DNA of 64,000 nucleotides, from IMG/VR virus record IMGVR_UViG_3300029305_012082, positions 32,001 through 96,000 of that record. One strand, given 5' to 3'. The stretch's first letter is position 1. The number at the start of each line of letters is the position of its first letter. The position numbers and the translations under genes are program-made. This stretch comes from a virus (lineage: Duplodnaviria; Caudoviricetes). The notes below the pieces were generated by a model that saw only the letters and a program-made list of their open reading frames with translations, had not been told where the DNA came from and searched no databases. Below are positions 26,050-36,428 of the stretch, piece after piece.

Positions 26050-26721
26050 GTGGCATATATCGACCATGAAAGATTTCTTGATCTCAAAAAGCGAGTACGA
26101 GAAGAATGCCTCAAAAGGTGCTACACTGGATCGGTGCTGATGTATGGAAGTCAAGACTTTGACTTTGAAAACCAACCTGCGGAAGGAAATCTGATTCTTG
26201 GGGAGCATTATGAGAAAATTGCAACCCCCCTCGCTGCGATCAATTCTGACCTAGTTCCAGATTTAGATCCCAAACGAATTGTCTCCGAAGAAGAACTCGC
26301 TATGTTGGAGGCGGCAGTAACTACATTTGAGGCAGAGTCGAAAGCAAGGACAACTCCGGGTGAATGCAAATCGTCCTGCACCGGAACCTGTTATACAGAA
26401 TGCTCCGCATCATGTACCGGAAGTTGTGGTGGAAACTGTTCCGGTGGTTGTCTTACAAGCTGCAATGGGTGCGACGGATGTAGTGGCAGCTGCACCAACG
26501 TATGTTCTGGATGCACAAGTACATGCAAAACGCACTGTACTGGAGGATGCAGCGGTTCCTGCAAGGAGACCTGCACTGTTTCTTGTGGATTTAGGGGTTG
26601 CTCCGGAAGCTGTAGAAATCATTGCTACAATGGTTGCGTTTCTTCTTGCGGTGGAGGCTGCTCAACTTGTGGCAGCAACTGTTCGGGCGTTAGTCTAGTA
26701 GGAACGCAAAGCAGTCATTAA
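26050..26721 (+). CDS. Cys-rich CXXX-repeat protein, probable radical SAM substrate
   Basis: ~105-aa N-domain, then 28 Cys mostly spaced CXXX; 3 nt after the maturase stop. Confidence 0.88.
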   Translation: MAYIDHERFLDLKKRVREECLKRCYTGSVLMYGSQDFDFENQPAEGNLILGEHYEKIATPLAAINSDLVPDLDPKRIVSEEELAMLEAAVTTFEAESKARTTPGECKSSCTGTCYTECSASCTGSCGGNCSGGCLTSCNGCDGCSGSCTNVCSGCTSTCKTHCTGGCSGSCKETCTVSCGFRGCSGSCRNHCYNGCVSSCGGGCSTCGSNCSGVSLVGTQSSH

Positions 26722-26732
26722 GAGGTGACAAC

Positions 26733-27281
26733 ATGAATATTGCATCAAAGTTTGATATAGCTGCCTTGAACCTTTTCGTGGCAGCAAGTGAGGGAACTGT
26801 TTCTACGGAACATAGAATGGAAATTTTCGAAAGCGTTGCTGGCGATCTTGACCTTATGGTCGAGGCCCTTAATGCGTTGATCGTCGGACACAATGCTAGA
26901 GTGTACTCTGGAACGCTTTCTGCGGAGAAGGCTTTTAAGTCCATTAAAGCAGAATACAAAGCAATTGGTTTTGGAGAAATTGTTCCTTTCGATTGCATGG
27001 AAGGTCCTCTTGAGATGCTTTATTATAGAAAAAGCTCAGATGAAATAGATATGGACCACATGTTCGAGATCATCCAGAAGATGTTCCAAAAAAATGAAAC
27101 CTGTCCCAACGAGAGAATTAAGTGTGGCGTATATCAGCTTGCGCTGAGAACAATTACGCACTACAACCTCGTAGCAAAGGACATAAGTTTCTCCAGACAA
27201 GTCATCGATAAAGTAAATTCCTACACACAGGAACAAAAAGATTCCGCTCTTTTGCCCCCTGCCATTGTGACAGAACTGTAG
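26733..27281 (+). CDS. hypothetical protein, possibly part of the radical SAM cassette
   Basis: GAGGTG RBS; tight spacing. Confidence 0.7.
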   Translation: MNIASKFDIAALNLFVAASEGTVSTEHRMEIFESVAGDLDLMVEALNALIVGHNARVYSGTLSAEKAFKSIKAEYKAIGFGEIVPFDCMEGPLEMLYYRKSSDEIDMDHMFEIIQKMFQKNETCPNERIKCGVYQLALRTITHYNLVAKDISFSRQVIDKVNSYTQEQKDSALLPPAIVTEL

Positions 27282-27291
27282 GAGGTATTCT

Positions 27292-27615
27292 ATGGCTATT
27301 GAAAAAATCACAGATAAGCCGGTGGCTGCATCGGCTGAATTGGCAGATCATATTTTGATCGTCATAGACGGAAAGCTCCGAAGGGCTACTGTTGAAACAC
27401 TGGCGGATATTTTGGTGGAAGGGCATATAGTCAAAATCAACGCTGATGTTACTTCTGCCGTCAATGAAGCGACAGAGCTTGCTGATAGAATTAGAACATC
27501 GCTGGATAACGGGGAATTCAACGGAACGCCCGGTGCTGCAGGAATTTATATCGGCAAGGACGAACCGACAGATCCTCACCATCCCGTATGGCTGTACTAT
27601 GATCCCGAAGCATGA
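27292..27615 (+). CDS. tail-associated hypothetical protein
   Basis: AGGAGG RBS; GEFNG...EPTD..VW motifs. Confidence 0.7.
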   Translation: MAIEKITDKPVAASAELADHILIVIDGKLRRATVETLADILVEGHIVKINADVTSAVNEATELADRIRTSLDNGEFNGTPGAAGIYIGKDEPTDPHHPVWLYYDPEA

Positions 27616-27656
27616 TTTGCAAGGATTAGAGAATCCCAAATAAAGGAGTACGGAAC

Positions 27657-28616
27657 ATGGATAAACAGTATGCGAGAAAAAGATCTCCCGTTACAATCGG
27701 AAGGCATGGCGAAAACAAAGCAAGGCAGATTCTGTTCGATATCTCGCGCTGGAAAAAGCTCTACGGGTCTGGAACCGTAGCTCTTTTGCACAGGAGATGT
27801 GGAGACATCGAAGCATATCCTTGTCTCATCGAAATTGACGGAAACTTTGTTGTCTGGACGATCATGGAATCTGACCTTGCCAAAGTTGGACAAGGTCAAT
27901 GCGAACTCCAGTATCTTAAAGGCGAAACGGTCGTCAAATCTGAGGTCTGGGTCACAAAAGTAAATAAATCCCTCACACACTGCGGAAACAGCTGCGATAA
28001 CCCCCAAGACAGCTGGGTGACAAAAGTATTGCAGGCAGGTGCAGCTGTCCTTGAGGCGCAAATGCACCCTCCGATGATTGGAGACAACGGGAACTGGTTG
28101 GTTTGGTCATCCGAGGAAAGCGCATACAAGGACACAGGAATTTCTGCCGGCGGATACAACGATGCAGATAAACTGGATGTAGATCAAGGCGTAGAAAATT
28201 TCGGGAAAGCCATGGTGGTCGGACCAGACGGGCGATTGGTTCCGGCTTATGTGTCTCCCGTCATTTCTGAAGAGCCTCCGGACGATCTTAATGTCGGGGC
28301 ATACATCGACCCGAGAGAGGATTATGAGGAAGAAGAAGGTGTCCCTGTCGCTTCTGGTGGAAGCGTCAGATACGACAACCCTCAAAATCTATCCGAAGAT
28401 CAGAAAAGACAAGCCAGAGAGAATATCGGAGCTTTTGCCTCAAGCCAAGGCGAAGAAAACGCCGAAAAACTCCTGTTTGTAGACAAGAACGGCATTGTCT
28501 CTGTACTAGCCATTGGAGCAGGGCTTGCGATAGTAGGAGGAAAGCTTACTCTTGCAACGCTCGCTACAACAACAGCCATACTGGGCACAGCGAAGCTCGG
28601 AGAAATGATCCTTTAG
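27657..28616 (+). CDS. BppU-like tail/fibre adaptor protein
   Basis: GENKARQILFD N-terminus; IGDNGNW...DTG and QNLSEDQKRQARENIG motifs. Confidence 0.65.
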   Translation: MDKQYARKRSPVTIGRHGENKARQILFDISRWKKLYGSGTVALLHRRCGDIEAYPCLIEIDGNFVVWTIMESDLAKVGQGQCELQYLKGETVVKSEVWVTKVNKSLTHCGNSCDNPQDSWVTKVLQAGAAVLEAQMHPPMIGDNGNWLVWSSEESAYKDTGISAGGYNDADKLDVDQGVENFGKAMVVGPDGRLVPAYVSPVISEEPPDDLNVGAYIDPREDYEEEEGVPVASGGSVRYDNPQNLSEDQKRQARENIGAFASSQGEENAEKLLFVDKNGIVSVLAIGAGLAIVGGKLTLATLATTTAILGTAKLGEMIL

Positions 28617-28630
28617 GAAGGAGGATTTAC

Positions 28631-29131
28631 ATGAGCTACAAAAAACATATTTTTGCAGACGGGCATATACTAAAAGCCGAACATCTCAATGCCATGGAAG
28701 ATCAGATCGCCCAGAACGAATCCAACAATGGCAACTTGGCTGACCTTTCCACAGACTCCAAATCATCCACTGTTTCGGCGATCAATGAACTTAATTCAAA
28801 AAAGGCAAATGCACCAACCAAGGCAGCGGTTGGACAGATACTTGTCGTAAAATCGGTCGACTCAGAAGGACATCCAACAGAGTTTGAGACTATCGCACTT
28901 CCTCAATGTGATTTTGGAGAAGAAGCAAAGATACTGTTGGTGGATATTCTTGGAAGCGCAAAATTTGAATCAGACCAAACATCCAACATTTCTGCTCTGG
29001 CAGAGGCGTTGGGTGTTGTTTTTTCACCTGAGCTTCCTGAAGAAAATGGCGTAGAAAAGGTCGACGAGACGCTGGTTATCACTGACAATGTCGACGCAGT
29101 ACAAGATGGAAACACACTGGTAATATCTTGA
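28631..29131 (+). CDS. tail fibre-associated protein
   Basis: LKAEHLNAMEDQI and SAINEL motifs. Confidence 0.65.
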   Translation: MSYKKHIFADGHILKAEHLNAMEDQIAQNESNNGNLADLSTDSKSSTVSAINELNSKKANAPTKAAVGQILVVKSVDSEGHPTEFETIALPQCDFGEEAKILLVDILGSAKFESDQTSNISALAEALGVVFSPELPEENGVEKVDETLVITDNVDAVQDGNTLVIS

Positions 29132-29144
29132 GAGGAGTGAATTT

Positions 29145-30554
29145 ATGAGCAAAGACGTATTGATCGGCGAACAGACGTATTCAGGAATAACAGACGTGCA
29201 GCTTAAAACCACAACTGGTCAAGCCGCCACGTTCAAAGATGTTGACGAGATCGTCACACCGAGCGGTGAAAAGGAAATCACAGCAAACGGCACATACGAT
29301 ATCACGGGATATGCCAGCGTGGTCGTAAATATTCCGACGGAGGGTGAAGCAATGACGATTAACACAGAAGCAAGCACAACATTTGAACTTGCAAATGGCA
29401 CCGAATTCAGACGGGGAGAGGTAGCGGAACTTGTTCTTACAATCCCCGAGGAACTCCCCACAGCTTTTAGCTGTCAAGTTGCATTTACAAGTGGTGAAAA
29501 CGCAACTAGCATTACAATGCCCACAGATGTCGTAATGCAAGGCGAATCTGTGTCCAATGGAGTTTTCACACCCAAGGCCCATTATCGATATGGTCTCATG
29601 TTCTGGTACGACGGCGAAATCGTGTGGTGTGTCATTTGTGCCGCAGCTCTGGAAGGAGCAGAAGACAATCCTGACGAAGGCGGCAGCGGAGATAATACCG
29701 GAGATGACACCGGCGATACTGGAAATACCGGAGGTTCTGGATCTGGCGGCGAAGATGATAACACCGAGATGACTGGTAGCGGAACGGAGTCTGATCCGTA
29801 CATGATTGCAACTGCAGCACAGTTCGTTGCACTTGGAGAAGAAGTTGATGCCGGCGATACGAAGAGTGGAGTTTATTACGCCGTTGCAAACGACCTCGAT
29901 TTGGATGGCATCGAATGGAACCCCATTGGCGCAAACTATAAGAATACCAACAGTGACACCGACAATAGCGGTAGCTTTGCCGGTACGATTGATGGTCGTG
30001 GTCACGTCATCCGCAATATCAGCATAAACGGCATGCAGTATGCAGGTCTGTTTGGCTCGAACTTTGCCGGTACAGTAATGAACCTTGGACTTGAAGGTGG
30101 CTCCATCAGCACGACTTATGCAAGTTCCACTTGCGGTGCCATTGCACGCAAGGGTTCCGGCAAGATCGTAAATTGCTACGCACGAGTTCCCGGTCAAGCT
30201 GTTACTCGTTCGTCCGGTATCATTGATGAGATCGAAGCTGGCGGCATGGTCCTTGGCTGTTACCAAGCTGCAGCTATCAACAACGGAAATGGCTATGCGA
30301 TCAAGTCTGCTACTACAACAACCGGAACAATTAAGTATTGCCTGTGGGATAGCACATTGACAGAAAAGGGTATTGCCGGGACTTCTTCTTCTGATTCCAA
30401 CAATAACGGTATTACAACCGCAGAGTTTGCAACAGCTCATACAACCCTCAATAATAATCTTTCCGCTGTTGCTGCTGCGGCCGGAATCGATGTTGCCAAG
30501 CTGTGTGCTTGGGAGGCTGGTTCTGACGGTTATCCCAGACTGGTGGTGGCGTGA
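29145..30554 (+). CDS. tail-associated protein with GLUG/M26-like beta-helix region
   Basis: GSGTESDPYMI, WNPIG, FAGTIDGRGHVI and GLFG motifs. Confidence 0.7.
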   Translation: MSKDVLIGEQTYSGITDVQLKTTTGQAATFKDVDEIVTPSGEKEITANGTYDITGYASVVVNIPTEGEAMTINTEASTTFELANGTEFRRGEVAELVLTIPEELPTAFSCQVAFTSGENATSITMPTDVVMQGESVSNGVFTPKAHYRYGLMFWYDGEIVWCVICAAALEGAEDNPDEGGSGDNTGDDTGDTGNTGGSGSGGEDDNTEMTGSGTESDPYMIATAAQFVALGEEVDAGDTKSGVYYAVANDLDLDGIEWNPIGANYKNTNSDTDNSGSFAGTIDGRGHVIRNISINGMQYAGLFGSNFAGTVMNLGLEGGSISTTYASSTCGAIARKGSGKIVNCYARVPGQAVTRSSGIIDEIEAGGMVLGCYQAAAINNGNGYAIKSATTTTGTIKYCLWDSTLTEKGIAGTSSSDSNNNGITTAEFATAHTTLNNNLSAVAAAAGIDVAKLCAWEAGSDGYPRLVVA

Positions 30555-31486
30555 TGAGTCTTACGATGAGACGATTTGCTGCAATTGCTCAACTATCGTC
30601 AGGTAGTGCAGTTGCGCCTGTTCTTCGGTACAAGCTCGGAATTATATCGGACTCTCACTCTGGATACACAAATGCAGTTCCGCATTTAACGGCAACCTTG
30701 AATACGCTTCATAATCGTGGGGCGCAAGAAATCGTCACTTGCGGAGATAGTGCTGTAAATGGTACTCAGGCAGAATGGGAGCAGTATATCAGCACAATCG
30801 AATCGTCCCCGTACAAGAGAACTCAAGTTCATGAGTGCAATGGCAACCACGATGGTGCCGCCCCCGATCTGACCACGTTTAAGCAGTATTCAAACAATGG
30901 AGCTTTGGTGGGAAAAGATCCGTACTTTGCGATCGACCTGTTTGGAGATCGTTTCATTTTCTTGGCTTTCGATGTTGGAACGTCTCCCAGCGGTGGAAAC
31001 TGCTTCTCAACAGCACAGCTTGATTGGCTTGAAGAAGAGCTTCAGGAGCACTACGGCAAAGGGAAGAATGTGTGGATCATTGAACACTCTCTTTTCTATG
31101 GTTGGGGTGCTGGTGATATTATTTCCGCCCCTAGATACCCAAGAGCCTTGTCCCTTTCCTTTGATAGCCATATCCGCCTGAAATCCATTTTGGAAGCACA
31201 TCCCAAGCTTATCTTCCTCCACGGACATACGCATATTAGGCTTGAAGATGTTTCCGAAGGACTCGTTGCCCATGCACTTCCTGCGGATGCCGGATGCAAT
31301 CAGATTCACGTCCCTGCTGTTACCGCAGGTAAGTTTATTGGAGGCAGCGGCGAACCCTCGGCGGATTTTAGTATGGACCCGGAATGCTGGTACTGCGAAG
31401 TTTACACAAACAAGATTGTTTTCATCGGTCTTAACGGCAATACTGGTGAAGAAATAGCAAACGTTTCTCATACTATTGCAGTCTAA
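30551..31486 (+). CDS. calcineurin-like metallophosphoesterase
   Basis: SDSH, CGD, GNHD, H and HGHTH motifs. Confidence 0.88.
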   Translation: MMSLTMRRFAAIAQLSSGSAVAPVLRYKLGIISDSHSGYTNAVPHLTATLNTLHNRGAQEIVTCGDSAVNGTQAEWEQYISTIESSPYKRTQVHECNGNHDGAAPDLTTFKQYSNNGALVGKDPYFAIDLFGDRFIFLAFDVGTSPSGGNCFSTAQLDWLEEELQEHYGKGKNVWIIEHSLFYGWGAGDIISAPRYPRALSLSFDSHIRLKSILEAHPKLIFLHGHTHIRLEDVSEGLVAHALPADAGCNQIHVPAVTAGKFIGGSGEPSADFSMDPECWYCEVYTNKIVFIGLNGNTGEEIANVSHTIAV

Positions 31487-31512
31487 GAGAAGCGAAGAGT
31501 TGAGGTGTGAAA

Positions 31513-33399
31513 ATGGCAAGATATTACGTTCGAAATCCCGACAATCCTCAGGAGTGGCTGCTTGTAGGTGGTAACGCCAAAGGGGCTGTCCTGTACAACA
31601 GACCTCAAACTCTTAGCGAAGAAGCAAAGAGCGTTGCAAGAGACAATATTGGCTCAGCTTCCAAGGCAATCGTCGGCGATCTTAAAAAACTCAACACTTC
31701 GTCAAAGAACGATTTGGTCGAAGCCATAAACGAAATTCTCAGACTTGTTGGAACAGGAGTCGGAGGAACTGTTGATCCGGAACAGATCGAAAGAATTGTC
31801 GAGGATTATTTAGAAAATAATCCGCCCGAAGATGGTCAGGATGGTATTTCTGCAACGCATAGTTGGGAAGGTACTGTCCTGACCATGACAAGTGCAAGCG
31901 GCACATCGAAGGTAGATCTTCAAGGCCCCAAAGGGGATGACGGAATATCACCGCACATCTACCTCGAACAGATCGATGGCGGACATAGAATCACCATTGA
32001 AGATGCTTTCGAAAGAAAAGAGTTTGTCATCAAGAACGGTTCTGACGGGCGAGATGGTGATAATGGCGCAACGCCAGAACTCAAAATTGGCACCGTTACG
32101 ACTGTATCCTACGGGGGTGAGGCAAAAGCAACAATAACGGGAACGGCAGATAAGCCGGTTCTCAACCTATGGCTTCCTTCTGGTCCCGCTGGATCTTCTT
32201 CCGAAGGGGATGACGGAAGAGAAGTTGTCCTTCGTGCTTACGGTGGTTATATCCAATGGCAATATGTTGGTGATACCACTTGGGAAAACATTGTCGCATT
32301 GTCTGAAATATCCGGAGACGATGGTGTAGGCATCGAAAGTGTAGAGCAGACTACTACCTCTGATGAAGACGGTGGCACAAACAAAATTGTACTGAGACTG
32401 TCCGATGGGTCTGAAACTGAAATATCAATAAAGAACGGCTCTGCAGGAACACCGGGCAGAACTCCGGTTAAAGGCGAAGACTACTTTACCGATACAGAAA
32501 AGCAAGAGATTGCCGAAGAAGCATCAAAGCTTGTAACCATCGATCAAGTTCTCCCCACACAAGTCGTTTTCCCCGAAGGACAGACAACGAACTTTGCCAT
32601 CGGCAAGGTAAAACTGTCGAATGGTAGCGCAGAGCTTATTCCTGTAGGAGGAACACTGCAGGACTTCTTCGACAAATTGGTTGAAGAAAAGAACCCCTCT
32701 ACAACTCAGCCGAAAGTAACGCTTACGTTCGATCAGGCAAAGGCTTATGAAGTTGGAACAAAAGTCACTCCTACCTATAAAGCCACCCTCAGCGCAGGTT
32801 CATACACATACGGACCCGCTACAGGAGTTGTAGCATCTGCATGGGAAGTCACTGACACCCAAAACGCTAAAAGAACAACAGCCAGCGGTAGCTTTGATGA
32901 AATCCAAATAGTTGATGATATAAGCTATAAGATTACAGCAAAAGCAACTCACAACGCAGGTGCTGTTCCTGTAACAAACCAGAAGAACCCTTATGCCGCC
33001 GGCCAGATTAAATCCGGAACAAAAAGTGCTACCTCTGGAGCGATGACAGGATATCGAAACGTCTTCTATGGAACAAGAACAGATAAGACAGATCTCACAT
33101 CTGATAAGATCCGCGCTCTCTCTGGAAAATCCGGAAAGGCTCTATCAAATGGAAGCACATTTGTGGTTGATGTTCCTGTTGGAGCCTTGCGTGTTGTTAT
33201 AGCATATCCGGCCACCCTTCAGGATATTTCTTCTGTAAAAGACGTGAACGGCATGAATGCTGAAATTGCTTCAGGTTTCTCGATGATTACACTTGATGTT
33301 TATGGAGTTGATGGATACAAAGCCATTCCGTACAAAGTGTATATCATGGACTTTGCATCCGCAAATGACACGGCAAACACCCTTGCTGTAACAATCTAA
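31513..33399 (+). CDS. tail fibre-like protein with collagen-like linkers
   Basis: GPKGDDG, KNG.DG and TPVKGEDYFT modules. Confidence 0.7.
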   Translation: MARYYVRNPDNPQEWLLVGGNAKGAVLYNRPQTLSEEAKSVARDNIGSASKAIVGDLKKLNTSSKNDLVEAINEILRLVGTGVGGTVDPEQIERIVEDYLENNPPEDGQDGISATHSWEGTVLTMTSASGTSKVDLQGPKGDDGISPHIYLEQIDGGHRITIEDAFERKEFVIKNGSDGRDGDNGATPELKIGTVTTVSYGGEAKATITGTADKPVLNLWLPSGPAGSSSEGDDGREVVLRAYGGYIQWQYVGDTTWENIVALSEISGDDGVGIESVEQTTTSDEDGGTNKIVLRLSDGSETEISIKNGSAGTPGRTPVKGEDYFTDTEKQEIAEEASKLVTIDQVLPTQVVFPEGQTTNFAIGKVKLSNGSAELIPVGGTLQDFFDKLVEEKNPSTTQPKVTLTFDQAKAYEVGTKVTPTYKATLSAGSYTYGPATGVVASAWEVTDTQNAKRTTASGSFDEIQIVDDISYKITAKATHNAGAVPVTNQKNPYAAGQIKSGTKSATSGAMTGYRNVFYGTRTDKTDLTSDKIRALSGKSGKALSNGSTFVVDVPVGALRVVIAYPATLQDISSVKDVNGMNAEIASGFSMITLDVYGVDGYKAIPYKVYIMDFASANDTANTLAVTI

Positions 33400-33411
33400 G
33401 GAGGTGGGGAC

Positions 33412-34965
33412 ATGGCTGATTTCGGAACGCTTAATTTTTCTGTTGCATTCAAACCTACCGGCGCATTTCCCATCAACGCAAATCAGTATTTTGAAAGCTT
33501 GGATGAAGCAAGGGCAGCGGCCGCATCTGCAGAGGAAGTCGGTAGCACAAATACCGTTTATCACTATGGAATGAAGCTCCTTGTTTCTCAGGACGGTGTA
33601 GACACATGGTACACAATCCTGAGAGACGGGACTCTTTCTCCTGAAGGGACAACCGGCCCGTCCGAAGTTGTGCTTGTCATACCCAAGAAATATGACGAGC
33701 TGAAAGAACTCCTGAATAATTCCGCCCTTGTTGCAGGTAGTTTATATCGCATAACCGACTATGTCACCGCAACTACTCAAGAGGCGACCCAGAGCGCAGG
33801 ACATCAATTTGATATCTTGGTTCAAGCTCTTACCGCTAGTACGCTTGCCGAAGAAGCGAAAGCAATCCATCACGATGGAGACGAATACTTCTCAAGCAGC
33901 AATCTTAATGGATGGCAGCTTTGGTACACCATAGACAACGACACAAATCGGTTTGCATGGGCAGACGCTGAAAACGGCAAAGGCGTCATCTATCGACTGA
34001 TAGATGAGTGGGGAAACGAGTGCCCATATGATTTCAAAAACATCATGATGCAAAATCCTCTTGACGCAGATGATTCTGGGTACTATTACACGTTCGACAA
34101 CGCAGGAGGAGATCTTTCCCTCATTGGTGAACTGTGTTTCTCAAACCACATTGACAAATATATAGATGGTGCTCAGAAGATCAACAGGAATATTTTCATC
34201 GCTGCCGGGTTGGAGGTCAGTGGGAACTCCTTTGACACCCAATGCTACAACAATGTTTTCCGCAGAGCAACAAGGCGGTTGAGCTTTGCTCGTGAATGCT
34301 ACGGAAATAACTTTCTGGGGCACAATCATCTGAGCACGTTCGATACAAAGTTCAGAAATAATACTGTCGGCGGAGAAACACAGTCAATCCAAGTTGGGCA
34401 AGGAGCAACCAACAATGTTTTTGCTAACAACATTTACTATTGCTCGTTCGGCAACTATTTCAAAAACAATGTCCTTTGTAGTTATCTGTACTACAGCACT
34501 TTCGGCCATTATATTCAGAACTGCATATTAGGAGAAAGTGCAGAGCTTCCTGGCCAATACATGAGATTTTTGACATTTGAGAACAATGTCACTTACTTGA
34601 ATCTCTACAAGGCGGATACTGCTACAAAATCCTATTTGGAGAATGTAACAATATCCAGCGGCACTTGCGGATCATCTGCTGCGCGAATTATGCTTCTTGT
34701 AGAAGAATTGGCGCAGAAATATGCAATTACTTTCGGCCTGAACACAAAAGGAATTGTCGAAAAATATTGTGCTGCAGACCTGCCCAGTTCTGCAAATAAT
34801 TCAGGAGGAGTTAGTTTCAAAACAGATGAAACTCTCTCTTTGGTCGATGGGGTGCTCTCTGTCAACACGGCTAATTCTGCTGAAGAAGACAACACAAAAC
34901 CCATCACATCAGCTGCTGTTCATACACAGCTCGGCAACATCGAAGCCCTGCTTCAGACAATATGA
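33412..34965 (+). CDS. tail-associated protein with Asn-rich beta-helix
   Basis: YRITDY and GKGVIYRLIDEWGNECPYDFKN; N.F(G) repeats. Confidence 0.65.
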   Translation: MADFGTLNFSVAFKPTGAFPINANQYFESLDEARAAAASAEEVGSTNTVYHYGMKLLVSQDGVDTWYTILRDGTLSPEGTTGPSEVVLVIPKKYDELKELLNNSALVAGSLYRITDYVTATTQEATQSAGHQFDILVQALTASTLAEEAKAIHHDGDEYFSSSNLNGWQLWYTIDNDTNRFAWADAENGKGVIYRLIDEWGNECPYDFKNIMMQNPLDADDSGYYYTFDNAGGDLSLIGELCFSNHIDKYIDGAQKINRNIFIAAGLEVSGNSFDTQCYNNVFRRATRRLSFARECYGNNFLGHNHLSTFDTKFRNNTVGGETQSIQVGQGATNNVFANNIYYCSFGNYFKNNVLCSYLYYSTFGHYIQNCILGESAELPGQYMRFLTFENNVTYLNLYKADTATKSYLENVTISSGTCGSSAARIMLLVEELAQKYAITFGLNTKGIVEKYCAADLPSSANNSGGVSFKTDETLSLVDGVLSVNTANSAEEDNTKPITSAAVHTQLGNIEALLQTI

Positions 34966-34979
34966 TAGGAGTGTGAATC

Positions 34980-35867
34980 ATGAGCATTGCACAACGAATA
35001 AGCACTATTCAAACAGACAGAAACACAATCCGAGCCAAGCTGGTTGAACTCGGTCTGGCAACGAACACAGACAAGCTGACTGCTCTTGCGGCTGCGATCG
35101 AAGATATCGTCAATCAAGGTGCAGTATCTGTCGAGATCAAAGAGGGTACAATCTATACGATTCCGGCTGGTTTCCACAACGGCTCTGGTGTCGTAAAAGC
35201 TATTTCCGACGCAGCCGGCGACGCAGAGACCTACAAGACTCAGGCAAAGGTTGTAACCCCCACAAAGAAACAACAGAGTGTAACGCCCGATGTCGGCTAC
35301 TATGCTCTGGAATCTGTCACTGTCTATCCCATTCCTGACGCATATCAAGATGTTACCAGCGTTACCGCAACGGCAGAAGACACACTTACCGGAAAAATCT
35401 TTGTTGCAGCGGATGGTACTGTTGTAACAGGTACTATGCCCAACAATGGCACTGTAGATAAGATCCTCGACTGTACGACTCTTACCTACACAATCCCGAA
35501 GGGCATGCACAGCGGCACTGGTAAGATCCAGATCATTGTAGAAACAAAAACTGTAACTCCCACCAAGGCCGTACAGGAAATCACTCCTACAGATGGAAAG
35601 GTACTTTCCAAGGTTACAGTTGCGGCTATTCCCGATGCATATCAGGACGTCACTCCCGTTGATGCCACAGCGGCAGATGTGGTTGTTGGAAAGACTATCG
35701 TTGCCGCCGATGGCACCGTGATTGAAGGGGGAATTCCCGTCAATGGCGACGTATCCAGAACAATCGATGGCCTGACAACAACCAGTGTAGAAATTCCTGC
35801 AGGAAGCACTACTGGAGGAACCGTGAGTCTCACAGACGATATTGAAGAAGCTCTTGCGGCTATCTGA
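34980..35867 (+). CDS. tail fibre-like protein with internal duplication
   Basis: TPTK..Q..TP...VTV..IPDAYQDVT occurs twice. Confidence 0.7.
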   Translation: MSIAQRISTIQTDRNTIRAKLVELGLATNTDKLTALAAAIEDIVNQGAVSVEIKEGTIYTIPAGFHNGSGVVKAISDAAGDAETYKTQAKVVTPTKKQQSVTPDVGYYALESVTVYPIPDAYQDVTSVTATAEDTLTGKIFVAADGTVVTGTMPNNGTVDKILDCTTLTYTIPKGMHSGTGKIQIIVETKTVTPTKAVQEITPTDGKVLSKVTVAAIPDAYQDVTPVDATAADVVVGKTIVAADGTVIEGGIPVNGDVSRTIDGLTTTSVEIPAGSTTGGTVSLTDDIEEALAAI

Positions 35868-35908
35868 GCCCCGGGGCGTGAATCGCCCCGCAAGGAAGGA
35901 GGCGCAAC

Positions 35909-36415
35909 ATGAGCATAAAAAGCGAGATTGAAAGGATTCGTTCCGCCGTTTCCGACCAAGAAAGATTAGTTGGGAGAATACAGGAAGAACTCGCAAAAAA
36001 AATAAATGCTTCTCAAGTCAAGACTTGCACCCTTACAGTAGCTTCAGATGGGAACGGAATTGTTACAGCAATCTGTGTCACCAGATTTGAAAACGGCGCA
36101 TTTATTGCAGACAATAGATATACCCCAAACAGCATAGTGCCGCAGACCTTCAGCAATGTGGTTTGCGGCAGTGCTATATATATTGAGATTTGCAACTTCG
36201 AATCCGCTGCGTTTGAAACATCCGGAATCTCTGGCAACCCAATAAGCAACGGATATTTTGGACAGATAACAGCACCTGCCGACAATGAATGTCAAATCCG
36301 AGCCTACGACCCAAACAAGCAAGATCAAGCAGGAGTTATACAGAACGAAAATACACTGATCGTAAATAGCGGTGTTACATCTTCTCAGGATGGAAGTACA
36401 CTGCTAATACTGTAA
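35909..36415 (+). CDS. tail-associated hypothetical protein
   Basis: MSIKSEIERI N-terminus; AAGGAGG RBS. Confidence 0.65.
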   Translation: MSIKSEIERIRSAVSDQERLVGRIQEELAKKINASQVKTCTLTVASDGNGIVTAICVTRFENGAFIADNRYTPNSIVPQTFSNVVCGSAIYIEICNFESAAFETSGISGNPISNGYFGQITAPADNECQIRAYDPNKQDQAGVIQNENTLIVNSGVTSSQDGSTLLIL

Positions 36416-36428
36416 GGAGGTGTGGCGG

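Noticed and set aside
7926-35996. Long minus-strand ORFs such as 8834-10126, 29181-30440 and 34953-35996
   Set aside because: Antisense shadows of codon-biased structural genes, with no motifs.
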